64,000 bases of DNA from Cyanophora paradoxa CCMP329 (Eukaryota > Plantae > Glaucophyta), in the NCBI GenBank assembly GCA_004431415.1, contig QPMI01000691.1:3110-67109 (forward strand), in the 5' to 3' direction. The notes beneath the pieces were generated by a model that was given only the letters and a program-made list of their open reading frames with translations, was not told where the DNA came from and did not search any database. Shown piece after piece: positions 20,245 to 30,427 of this stretch (position 1 is its first letter; each line of letters begins with the position of its first letter). The position numbers were made by a program, and so were the translations under genes.

Positions 20245-21273
20245 ATGGACGACAAAGCCGGCCTCGAGCTTCCAGACACCCGTACCCGGGATGGCACGGG
20301 CAGGCGGTTGGCGAAGTACTTCTGCCCGGCCCCGGATTGCAAGTACGCGGGAGTGCCGAAAACGAACAAGGGCCTGTGCCGCACGTGCTCGATGAAGGCG
20401 CGGTGGGGGGCCGACAAGAACTGGCGCGCCTTCCCCAAGCAGGCCAAGACCGTCGGGAGCTGCAGCGGGTGCTCACGTGAAATCAAGCGCAACCGCAACC
20501 TGAAGTGGCTGGAAGATGGCAAGTTCCTGTGCTGGCGGTGCAAAAAGGGGGAAGAGGCAGCGGCCGGCCCGGGGGGCGCCAAGGCATGGCCCGAGAAGTG
20601 CGCGTTCTGGTTCTGCGGCGACAGGGATACCCCCAAGTACCTCGAAAAGGGCCAGATCACCGTCAGCTGGCACCCGATCCACAAGGCGCATCTCTGCACA
20701 CTTCACCACCACACGGACTACCGCTGGCCGTCGCTGGTCTGCAAGCTGCTGCAGGTCGTGAACAGGCGCCTGGGGGGTACATCGCTGACGTCCCTGCTCG
20801 AGAGCTCGCACGAGATCAGGGACGAGTGGCACAGGGACTTTTTCGTCGGCGACAACTGGCGCAGGTTCTTCGACAGCCCGCCGAACCAGGAGCCAATCTT
20901 CTGCGAGCCCTCCCCGTTCGATGGGGACCTATCGGAGCTCTCGGTGATCGAGAAAAAGCCGCTCGTACCCCTCTGCAACTTCAAGGCGCGCCTGCACGCC
21001 CAGTGGATGGTCCGGCCGCCAACGGATACGGATTTAGTGCAGGCCATCGCGGCGGCCGTCGACGGGTCCCTTTTTGAGCCTACAAAACCGAGCGAGAACC
21101 TCGTGGTTCGCGGGCTGCAGCGATTGGTCGAGTGGTGGAGGCCGGCGCCCCAAGCGGCACAGAGGCAGGGCGAGAGGAAGCAGAAGGAGTGGGAGGAGCG
21201 CCAGGCCAAGCGCAAGGCCAAGAGGGAGTCAAAGAAGGGGGAGGGGGCAAAAAGGCGGAAGGGGGGGTGCTAG
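20245..21273 (+). CDS. Cys-rich (multiple CxxC zinc-ribbon) basic protein, possible regulator
   Basis: CPAPDC..CRTC, CSGC..CWRC, CAFWFC..CTLH and a Lys/Arg-rich C-terminal NLS-like tail. The upstream ORF extension (19852-20244) runs through repeats and is probably non-coding. Confidence 0.55.
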   Translation: MDDKAGLELPDTRTRDGTGRRLAKYFCPAPDCKYAGVPKTNKGLCRTCSMKARWGADKNWRAFPKQAKTVGSCSGCSREIKRNRNLKWLEDGKFLCWRCKKGEEAAAGPGGAKAWPEKCAFWFCGDRDTPKYLEKGQITVSWHPIHKAHLCTLHHHTDYRWPSLVCKLLQVVNRRLGGTSLTSLLESSHEIRDEWHRDFFVGDNWRRFFDSPPNQEPIFCEPSPFDGDLSELSVIEKKPLVPLCNFKARLHAQWMVRPPTDTDLVQAIAAAVDGSLFEPTKPSENLVVRGLQRLVEWWRPAPQAAQRQGERKQKEWEERQAKRKAKRESKKGEGAKRRKGGC

Positions 21274-21556
21274 GTACCCCAGAAGCCACCCCCTGTATGA
21301 TCCCACGCTCAAGGGATGAATTAATTCTTCTCGATGATTTCATTTCCCCACCCTCCGCCACCCCCGAGGCCCAAGCCGGAGTACGCGTGGCTGGCACGAC
21401 CCGTGGCCCGGAGCGTCTCCGAGTACCAGGCAACGACCCGCTGCTGCCCCAGAGGGCACCCCATGTACGACCCCGCGCTGGATTCGGATGATTGATGTGG
21501 ATCCGTAGGCCCGAGGGGTCCCGCGTTAAATTTTATGTGGGGAGGTTGACAATACG

Positions 21557-22003
21557 ATGGCAGGCTCGGCTGTTCTGATTCTCGTGATCCTGCTGCTGGT
21601 TGTGGGCGTGGGGGCGGCGGTCCTGTTGATGGGCAGCAGCGGGGGGAGCGCGGGTGGGTTTGCATTGAACGTTGACGATGAGGTGACACTTGAAATGAAG
21701 ACGACGAACACAGCCCTTTGTGGCAGCGAGTCGACCCCCGCCAAGATCAAGGCGACGGGGGTCGTCGAAAAAACCAAGGAGGATGGTTCGTCTGTGATGG
21801 TCCGCTGGAATAAGCTGGACACCCTCGAGGGCAGAGCAGGCCTCGATATCGCCGGCCAGTGCAAATGGGCCCGAGGGGACAATGCTGAATGGAACAAGGT
21901 GTGGATGGGCGATGGCGAATTCAAGCCAACGGGGTGGGCACTGCCGGTGGTCCTGGAGTACAAGGACTTCAAGGACCGCCTGAAGAAATCATCGGCCTTT
22001 TAG
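21557..22003 (+). CDS. N-terminally membrane-anchored small protein
   Basis: Hydrophobic N-terminus VLILVILLLVVGVGAAVLLM followed by a small soluble domain. Confidence 0.6.
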   Translation: MAGSAVLILVILLLVVGVGAAVLLMGSSGGSAGGFALNVDDEVTLEMKTTNTALCGSESTPAKIKATGVVEKTKEDGSSVMVRWNKLDTLEGRAGLDIAGQCKWARGDNAEWNKVWMGDGEFKPTGWALPVVLEYKDFKDRLKKSSAF

Positions 22004-22029
22004 ATTTTCCTGGCCCATATAGATAACCC

Positions 22030-23122
22030 ATGTCTCTGAAATCTTCGGGGGCCCTCCGGGCCTCCGAGATCAGCCTCGCCTTTGCAATCGCGTCGTCGAA
22101 GTTCAGTATGTCGGAGTTCTACAGTAATGCATCAACCTACTACGGCTTTGATGTCGCAGGCCTCCCTGCAGAGGGGTCCAAGATTCGGTTCAAGAACTTT
22201 TTCGGAACAAAGCCGAAACCTATTCTGTTCAAGGTGAACTCGGCCCCTGTCGCGCCCACTCTCATTGCGGAAAACACGTACTGCATGCAGCTTGTTTCGA
22301 CCACAGCCACGAACACGTTCGAGGTACGAAAGTTGCAGGAGTGCGACATCCTGATTGTTGGCGGGGGTGCAAGTGGGGGTGGTTGTATTGGAGGCGGTGG
22401 AGGCGCCGGTGGGGTGGTTTACATGGTGAAAAAGACCTTTACGCCTGGAAACACGTACACCGTTAAGGTGGGGGCTGGAGGGGAGGCAACTGTCAACGCT
22501 CAATACTCTCCTGGAAAAGCTGGCCAAGACAGTTACATTCAGGTATCTGGGGCGGATGTGGTTTTTGACGCCATCAACCTACGGGGCCGGGGAGGTGGGA
22601 CTGGGGGGATATATAATTCCAGCTTTGGGCCATTCCCAGGTAATAGTGGGGGCAGTGGTGGGGGCGCAAGTTGCAGCAATGGCTCTCCGGGGTTCAATGG
22701 CGGAACCAAAACACAGGGACTGACCTACTGGAATGGGCTTCAGTATATATTGGGGGGGGCTGATGCTCAAAGGTCGCCCGCTGGGGGGTATTTTACTTCC
22801 GGTGGCGGTGGTATGGGGACTGCCCCGGTGGCTGTCGTAGATGGATTCCCAGGTATACAAAACAGCATCACAGGCACAGCAGTATGGTATGCGGCTGGAG
22901 GGGGGGGGGGGGGCGATCGCAACCAACCCGTATGGTATTGGTGGAAACGGAATCGGTGGCAACGGTGGACGTTCAACATCAGAGCAAGCAAACATATTAT
23001 CCACAGCGGGACAGGACGGAACTGGGTCTGGAGGAGGGGGGGGTGGGTATGGGTACAACGGGTTCAACTTTGTGGGTGCCAAGGGTGGCAGCGGCGTGGT
23101 CATCGTACGCTACACCATCTGA
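22030..23122 (+). CDS. Glycine-rich virion fibre/tail-like protein; frameshift in the G14 run at 22900-22913
   Basis: N-terminus MSLKSSGAL..SEI...F...FSMSEFY...GLP..GS.I.F.NF.G; DILIVGGGASGG...GGGGAGGVV; shifted C-terminus NG.GGNGG...GTGSGGGGG...GGSGVVIVRY. Confidence 0.75.
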
Positions 23123-23518
23123 GAAGACATCTCGATGATCGGGACCAACGGCGGATTCACTGCCACCCTGGTGTATCTTATGTATAGTGTGGTCGAGAAT
23201 GAGGCTGCTTTCAGTTTCTCAGTGAACCTGAATTCAATACCCCCTGCTGTCTTCCTTTACCGCGCTGGAACAGCAGTGTATATTGCTTCATACGGAGGGG
23301 CCAACAATACAACCCTGCTGTATAATCACCCCGCCTTTGCATTCAATGGCACATGTACATGGCAGCAAAAGTCCGGTCGGACAGAACTATTGCCGGGCTT
23401 GGGTAGTTTGTCTTTGTTGTGCCTGTCCAGCAATCTACACTACCTGCTGAAACTTTGATTGTAATAACCTGCCATATATCGTCCAAGAGTAACCATTTTT
23501 CTGCCATCCACCCAACAA

Positions 23519-24145
23519 ATGCGTACCCCCCTCAACCTTGCCCCCCTCATCGGCGCGGCATGGTGTGCACGCGGCGCAAAACGGGCCGCCCTTGTCCACG
23601 CACTGCGGCTCCTGTTCACTTCCGGTACCCCCACGGCGCCCCTCCCCCCCACCGCCGCCCATCGCCTACCCCTGCTCATGGCCGACGGGCTCGGCGACCT
23701 GCAGCTGTGGGTGCGCCAGAGCGGCATCGGGGGCCCCCTGTGGCGGGGCCGAACCGCGCGGTTCCTCCGCAGCATACCGCGCCTCTCGAAACCGAGAAGG
23801 CGCGCGCTCACCCTGTACCGGGGGACAAAGGCCCCCGGGGTAGACGAGTCGGGGGAGAGAGAAATGGTGCCGCTACTGCGACCCCTATCGGCCACGCGCT
23901 CACGGGAGGTTGCCGCTACTTTCGCGAACGAAGCGGGCCCCGAGGGGTACATGCACATCATCCGCGTGCCCGCAGGGGTACCCCTGCTGGACGTCGCATT
24001 ACACTCGAAGAACTTTGCGAGCGTGCCGGGGTCCGACGAGCGGTCGGTCGCACTGCGCGAAAAGGAGGTGATCCTCTACAGGCACGTGCTCGTCCTCAAA
24101 AAGAGGGAGGGGCGCGTGTCGCACTGGGAGGCGCGCGCACGGTAG
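23519..24145 (+). CDS. ADP-ribosyltransferase, R-S-E (VIP2/C3/Alt-like) fold
   Basis: LTLYRG, LSATRSREVAATFA, IIRVPAGVP..DV and EKEVIL occur in the canonical order. Confidence 0.7.
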   Translation: MRTPLNLAPLIGAAWCARGAKRAALVHALRLLFTSGTPTAPLPPTAAHRLPLLMADGLGDLQLWVRQSGIGGPLWRGRTARFLRSIPRLSKPRRRALTLYRGTKAPGVDESGEREMVPLLRPLSATRSREVAATFANEAGPEGYMHIIRVPAGVPLLDVALHSKNFASVPGSDERSVALREKEVILYRHVLVLKKREGRVSHWEARAR

Positions 24146-24149
24146 CGGC

Positions 24150-24521
24150 TCAAATCGAGTCGTTCCTGAGGATCTGCATCTGGTTGCACTTGGCGACTCG
24201 CAGCTGGTCGGAGCGTGTCTGGAGCCCCGTCGTGCCGTACCCGTACGCGTTCCCGCACCACTGAGCGTAGGCCTTTTGCGCCTCCTCGTCCCACTTGGTG
24301 TACCCGGAGCCCTCCAGCCAGCGCGCGAGGTTCGGATCGGTCGCGATCGGGTCCGGGATTGCGCCGCCTGTACCCCCTGCCGTGACCGAGGGGGCCGAAG
24401 CGCTCGGCCCCGAACGGCGCATCATAAAGTAAGCGAGCACGATCGCCCCACCGATCGCGATCATTGTCCACGGGATCTCCCGGCGAGGAGGGGCGGGGCG
24501 GGGGGCGTACTGGAAGTCCAT
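24150..24521 (-). CDS. Small membrane-anchored protein
   Basis: WTMIAIGGAIVLAYFMM transmembrane segment; intron-less. Confidence 0.55.
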   Translation of the reverse strand: MDFQYAPRPAPPRREIPWTMIAIGGAIVLAYFMMRRSGPSASAPSVTAGGTGGAIPDPIATDPNLARWLEGSGYTKWDEEAQKAYAQWCGNAYGYGTTGLQTRSDQLRVAKCNQMQILRNDSI

Positions 24522-24564
24522 TTGCTGTTACTCCCACAAGATAAATGATGTACCCCTTTCAGCC

Positions 24565-24834
24565 ATGAATCTGTCCCGCTACCGTGACTCGCTGGGCCGG
24601 CCGGGCGAAGGGGTGCACTTTCACTTAGGGGGCGTAGCGATCGTTGACGTCATCGCATCCGTCGCGGCCGCTCACGTCATTGGGGCCGGAGGGCGCAAGT
24701 TTTCTGCTTGGAGGAGGACTCTGCCACATGCAGAATATAGTCCGGCCTTCGTTGCCCTAGGAATCCAGCAGATGGTCGGCAGTGGTAGGAGTAAAACCCA
24801 TGGGGGAACTTCTATTCGTGTTTCTTTTCTCTAG
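24565..24834 (+). CDS. Small giant-virus-type membrane protein (possibly truncated)
   Basis: LSRYRDSLGRPGEGVH..LGGVAIVDV resembles, from memory, the conserved small NCLDV protein with KYKDxFGxPGEGxH...IAIVD. Confidence 0.5.
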   Translation: MNLSRYRDSLGRPGEGVHFHLGGVAIVDVIASVAAAHVIGAGGRKFSAWRRTLPHAEYSPAFVALGIQQMVGSGRSKTHGGTSIRVSFL

Positions 24835-25185
24835 TTCAGAGTATATGCTCCCTTGTGGGGCGAGTTGACGTTATAGGCCTCATCCTTGGATGTTGTGCCG
24901 TGTCGGCTCAGTACTTTTGTCTTAGTGATTATGAACTGAATAGATTACTGCGTAACATAAAAAAAAAAGGCCTCGGACTTTGCAAAAATTTGCAGGGCTC
25001 TCAGCGTTTGAAGAGTTCACCGTCAGAGTCTGGGGGGCCGTCCACCTATCACCTGAAGGCCGGCAACGGTTCGCTGCTCACCTGAGGTAGGCTGATTGCT
25101 GTACCCCTTACCCAAGCCCCAATCCCTCAGCCACCCCAGCCCAGTTGCCACGTGATTCAAGGGCGAAGGGAGAAAATGGTTATAT

Positions 25186-25648
25186 TCAGAACCGAACGCG
25201 GCGCAGGGCAAGGGAGGACTGCGAACGGCTATGAAGGTTGCACATGCCAAGGAAGTCGCACGTGCAGGGGGGGATTTTGATAGCTGGCTTAAGAATGGTT
25301 CTACGGATAGGGATGGCCCTGGGGGCCAAAGAGGTGGGCCCCGGCTCCCCGGGCTCGAGCTTGACAACCGGCGCCGGTTCGTCCTCCGAGGCGCCCTCCG
25401 AATCGGCTTCAATGATTGTCTCCAGGGGGGTCCCAAACGACACCCTACGCCGAGGAGGCTGAGGGGTAGGCTCGTATTCGTCGTCCGAGTCCGAGAGCTC
25501 AATATAATCTATGACGCGGGGCTCGGCGGGCTGAGGGGCAGGCTGCGATGAAAAAAGAGAGGTAAGCAAAAGGCAGGAAAAACAGGCAAAGGCAGCGGCA
25601 TACCTTGGCGTCGTTTGTGAAGTCGAAAACGTCGAGGATAGCGGCCAT
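25186..25648 (-). CDS. Two-exon disordered protein with SIM, RVxF and psiKxE motifs (exons 25648-25604, 25542-25186)
   Basis: A 61-nt GT-AG phase-0 intron joins MAAILDVFDFTNDAK to PAPQPAEPRVIDYIELSDSDDE...RRRVSF...VKLE...RRVRF. TATAAAG lies ~71 nt upstream. Confidence 0.65.
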
Positions 25649-25718
25649 GATTGCAAGGGCTTAGAGGGAATTTCGCGGACTAGAGCTTAAAGTGTGTGCA
25701 GGACTGAGCCAGAACCGC

Positions 25719-25925
25719 CTTTATAGGTTGGGCTATGCGGAAAGAGGTACTTCCCATTATGTGGAAAGTACCTCTTTCCGCATAGAATTGGGGGTACTGT
25801 ATCCTCGATCATTGGGAAAAACAAATAATGGATTCCACATAGAATCAGGGGTACAGGAGTTAATCAATAATAAGAGAGAAAGGGAACTGCTGGGATTCAA
25901 ACCTGTCAATGTTTGGACTCTGTCG
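25719..25925 (-). promoter_or_regulatory. Shared promoter module, copy 1 (TATAAAG plus palindromic TATGCGGAAAGAGGTAC repeats)
   Basis: Perfect 20-bp inverted repeat 25733-25752 / 25766-25785. The same blocks recur at 29160-29355 and 30428-30670. Confidence 0.7.
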
Positions 25926-25940
25926 AGTTCAGAGAGCATT

Positions 25941-28245
25941 CCCGTGTCGCGTATCGCCAGTTCCGTACGAACATAGGGTAGCCCCCCGACCCCGTGACTA
26001 CTAAAGTCAAGGGGGGCCGGACCGAAGCTATGTTCGTATGGAACTGGCGCTATTCGAGCCGGCCAACGGTCAGCCTGTGTTTTTCGCGTGCATCCCGTGT
26101 CGCGTATTGCCAGTTCCGTACGAACATAGGGTAGCCCCCCGACCCCATGACTACTAAAGTCAAGGGGGGCCGGACCGAAGCTATGTTCGTATGGAACTGG
26201 CGCTATTCGAGCCGGCCAACGGTCAGCCTGTGTTTTTTCGCGTGCATCCCGTGTCGCGTATCGCCAGTTCCGTACGAACATAGGGTAGCCCCCCGACCCC
26301 GTGACTACTAAAGTCAAGGGGGGCCGGACGGAAGCTATGTTCGTATGGAACTGGCGCTATTCGAGCCGGCCAACGGTCAGCCTGTGTTTTTCGCGTGCAT
26401 CCCGTGTCGCGTATCGCCAGTTCCGTACGAACATAGGGTAGCCCCCCGACCCCGTGACTACTAAAGTCAAGGGGGGCCGGACCGAAGCTATGTTCGTATG
26501 GAACTGGCGCTATTCGAGCCGGCCAACGGTCAGCCTGTGTTTTTTCGCGTGCATCCCGTGTCGCGTATCGCCAGTTCCGTACGAACATAGGGTAGCCCCC
26601 CGACCCCGTGACTACTAAAGTCAAGGGGGGCCGGACGGAAGCTATGTTCGTATGGAACTGGCGCTATTCGAGCCGGCCAACGGTCAGCCTGTGTTTTTTC
26701 GCGTGCATCCCGTGTCGCGTATCGCCAGTTCCGTACGAACATAGGGTAGCCCCCCGACCCCGTGACTACTAAAGTCAAGGGGGGCCGGACCGAAGCTATG
26801 TTCGTATGGAACTGGCGCTATTCGAGCCGGCCAACGGTCAGCCTGTGTTTTTTCGCGTGCATCCCGTGTCGCGTATCGCCAGTTCCGTACGAACATAGGG
26901 TAGCCCCCCGACCCCGTGACTACTAAAGTCAAGGGGGGCCGGACGGAAGCTATGTTCGTATGGAACTGGCGCTATTCGAGCCGGCCAACGGTCAGCCTGT
27001 GTTTTTTCGCGTGCATCCCGTGTTGCGTATCGCCAGTTCCGTACGAACATAGGGTAGCCCCCCGACCCCGTGACTACTAAAGTCAAGGGGGGCCGGACGG
27101 AAGCTATGTTCGTATGGAACTGGCGCTATTCGAGCCGGCCAACGGTCAGCCTGTGTTTTTTCGCGTGCATCCCGTGTCGCGTATCGCCAGTTCCGTACGA
27201 ACATAGGGTAGCCCCCCGACCCCGTGACTACTAAAGTCAAGGGGGGCCGGACGGAAGCTATGTTCGTATGGAACTGGCGCTATTCGAGCCGGCCAACGGT
27301 CAGCCTGTGTTTTTCCCCTGCATCCCGTGTCGCGTATCGCCAGTTCCGTACGAACATAGGGTAGCCCCCGACCCCGTGACTACTAAAGTCAAGGGGGGCC
27401 GGACGGAAGCTATGTTCGTATGGAACTGGCGCTATTCGAGCCGGCCAACGGTCAGCCTGTGTTTTTCGCGTGCATCCCGTGTCGCGTATCGCCAGTTCCG
27501 TACGAACATAGGGTAGCCCCCCGACCCCGTGACTACTAAAGTCAAGGGGGGCCGGACGGAAGCTATGTTCGTATGGAACTGGCGCTATTCAAGCCGGCCA
27601 ACGGTCAGCCTGTGTTTTTTCGTGTGCATCCCGTGTCGCGTATCGCCAGTTCCGTACGAACATAGGGTAGCCCCCCGACCCCGTGACTACTAAAGTCAAG
27701 GGGGGCCGGACCGAAGCTATGTTCGTATGGAACTGGCGCTATTCGAGCCGGCCAACGGTCAGCCTGTGTTTTTTCGCGTGCATCCCGTGTCGCGTATCGC
27801 CAGTTCCGTACGAACATAGGGTAGCCCCCCGACCCCGTGACTACTAAAGTCAAGGGGGGCCGGACGGAAGCTATGTTCGTATGGAACTGGCGCTATTCGA
27901 GCCGGCCAACGGTCAGCCTGTGTTTTTTCGCGTGCATCCCGTGTCGCGTATCGCCAGTTCCGTACGAACATAGGGTAGCCCCCCGACCCCGTGACTACTA
28001 AAGTCAAGGGGGGCCGGACCGAAGCTATGTTCGTATGGAACTGGCGCTATTCGAGCCGGCCAACGGTCAGCCTGTGTTTTTTCGCGTGCATCCCGTGTCG
28101 CGTATCGCCAGTTCCGTACAAACATAGGGTAGCCCCCCGACCCCGTGACTACTAAAGTCAAGGGGGGCCGGACCGAAGCTATGTTCGTATGGAACTGGCG
28201 CTATTCGAGCCGGCCAACGGTCAGCCTGTGTTTTTTCGCCTGTGT
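25941..28245. repeat. Tandem array of ~15 x 153-154 bp units, each a long imperfect palindrome
   Basis: Unit CCCGTGTCGCGTATCGCCAGTTCCGTACGAACATAG...CTATGTTCGTATGGAACTGGCG...CAGCCTGTGTTTTTTCGCGTGCAT, near-identical copies. Confidence 0.97.
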
Positions 28246-28383
28246 CCGGTGTCGCGTTTCTAGCTGCTCGAGATTCGAGAAACTTTTTTGGACCCCATAC
28301 AAGCCCGGAGCCATACTTAAAGCGTCATTGGAGTGATGCAAAGGCCTGTTACAATGTTCGAAAAACACTCAAGTTTACAAATC

Positions 28384-29086
28384 CTATTCAGGTAACATAG
28401 CCCTAATGCGATCTGACCGGCGCTTGACTATGGTCTTCTGAACAGGCACTGAAACTACAGAACGCACAGGGGGCTCGGAGGTTTTGAAGGGCTCCAAGGA
28501 TACAGGAGATAGCATTTTAACTACGATAACTCTATCAGGGATCTCATTATCAAGGCTGCCAACGGGGGCAAGTGACTGCGAATCAATCGGGACGCCGGCT
28601 GACGTAGAAAAAGAAAATTGCTCCGGATAGGGATAGCGACGGCGGATCATCTTGTTTATTGAGTCCGTCTTGATGACAAAAATGTTTGAATCGTAGACAA
28701 AAAAGCCAGCGTCATGAATAGATTCTCTTTTCAACACAATCTGCCTGCGTTGAGTGGGTATGGTCTCCGGATCGATTGTTTGGTTGACTCTGCGGCAAAC
28801 AATGAGAGGCTGCACAGAACACAAAAACAACAAAAAAGGCTCACTGGGTGATCTCGTCACCGTTCTGAATGCCAAAGTCCGCATAGGTAAGGCAAAAGTC
28901 AATGTGAGCAATCTTCGCAATGAGAACACCCGCCCGCTCTACTCGAAGGTGAAGGCCAGCCGTCCATAGATCCCAAGTCCCGTGACGATCACGGAAAAAG
29001 GTGCTGAAAGTGATTGAATCGCTAAGTCGGACTTCGAAAAGCCCCTGGCGCTCCTTGCCGTTGAAAATGACGTAGGTGCTATCCAT
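28384..29086 (-). CDS. Two-exon ubiquitin/SUMO-like-domain protein, copy 1 (exons 29086-28845, 28789-28384)
   Basis: A 55-nt GTGAG...CAG intron restores the frame (ITQ/VNQTID). Exon 1 ends LTYADFGIQNGDEI (Ubl/SUMO-like C-terminal strand). C-tail is KRRSDRIRA. Confidence 0.6.
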
Positions 29087-29159
29087 TACGTTGTCCGGAA
29101 GCACTGAGACTACGACGACTTGAGCTGGAAAGTGTGAGCAAGAATGAGGCGGATCGGGC

Positions 29160-29355
29160 CTTTATAGATCCGGCTATGTGGAAAGAGGTACTTTCCGCTG
29201 TGGGGAAAGAGGTACTTCCGCATAGAATTTCGGGGTGTACCCCCAATTCTATGCGGAATCCATCATTTGTTTTTCCCTAATGATTGCCGATGCCGTACCC
29301 CGTAATAGGAAAAGGACACTGCTGGGATTCGAGCCTGTCATTGTTTGGACTCTGT
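29160..29355 (-). promoter_or_regulatory. Shared promoter module, copy 2
   Basis: CTATAAAG 74 nt upstream of ATG 29086, with GGAAAGAGGTAC and TTCCGCATAG repeats. Confidence 0.7.
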
Positions 29356-29656
29356 TTTGAGAGTTGAGTTGAGTTCCACGTCGAACCAGGGGTATGGCAT
29401 CGGCAATTATGCGCTCACCTGAACCGATGCTTGCCGTTGGGTACGCTATTGCTGTCGACCAGGGGGTACGGCAAAGGCGACAGGGGTACAGGATATAGGT
29501 GCCGATTCGATCCTGCCATCGGCCTGCGTCTGCCCGAGACTCGAGGAACGCCGTTTGAACACGCCAGCCCATCGATGCCCCCCTCCCTTATGCGTTTGCC
29601 AGCGGAACAACGCAAAAGTCTGTTACAGCATTCAAAAACGCTCAAGTTTACATATC

Positions 29657-30354
29657 CTATTTAGCCAACCTAGCCCTAATGCGTTCTGACCTGCGCTTAA
29701 CTATGGTTTTCTGAACGGGCGCTGAAACTACAGAAGGCACGGGGGGCTCGGAGGTTTTGGAAGGCATCTTTGTAACTTTGATAACTCCATCAGGGAGCTC
29801 CTTATCTAGGCTGCCAATAGTTTCGAGAAATCGCCAGCAAATAGGAAAGTTTCCTGTTGAAAAAAACATGTATGGCTCGGGGCAAGGAAACTGACGGTGA
29901 ATAATCTTGCTAATTGAGTCTGTCTGGATTGCATAAAAGCCCGGATAGTATGTTATAAAGCGCTTGCCGTCAACGAAAGAATCCTCCACGAACTGAATGC
30001 GCCTGCTTTGAGTGGGTATGGCCTCCTGTACAAATGGATTGTTGATTCTGCGGCCCAAGAATTAGAAAAGGATGTGCGAAACAGGAAAAACAAAAAGGCT
30101 CACTGGATAAGTACGTCATCCTTTTGAATGCCAAAGTCCGCAAAGGTAAGGCAGAAGTCTTCGGGAACTATTTTTGCTACAAGAACACCCTTCCGCTCTA
30201 CTCTAATATGGAGACCATCCATCCAAAGATTCCAGAATCCACTATGATCGCGGAAAAACGGGCTGGAATGGAGGGTATTGCTGGGCTTGACACGGTAAAA
30301 TCCCTGTCGCTCCTTGCCGTTAAAGGTAATCCAAAAATAGTCGCAAGCCGCCAT
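29657..30354 (-). CDS. Two-exon ubiquitin/SUMO-like-domain protein, copy 2 (exons 30354-30104, 30047-29657)
   Basis: Paralogue of copy 1 (FNGKERQG, FFRD, GLHxRVER, DFCLTxADFGIQ). A 56-nt intron lies at the same position. C-tail is KRRSERIRARLAK. Confidence 0.6.
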
Positions 30355-30427
30355 TACGCTATCGGGGTACGCTGAGATAACGACGACTGGAGCTGGAGAA
30401 TGTGAGCCAGAATGCCGCAGGACGGCC

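Noticed and set aside
25941-28245. CRISPR array
   Set aside because: Whole units are repeated almost identically with no unique spacers, no cas genes are present and the context is eukaryotic.
25757-28336. Repeated ORFs MTLVVTGSGGYPMF...
   Set aside because: By-products of the 154-bp unit. The length is not a multiple of three, T-run lengths vary and starts are mostly non-ATG.
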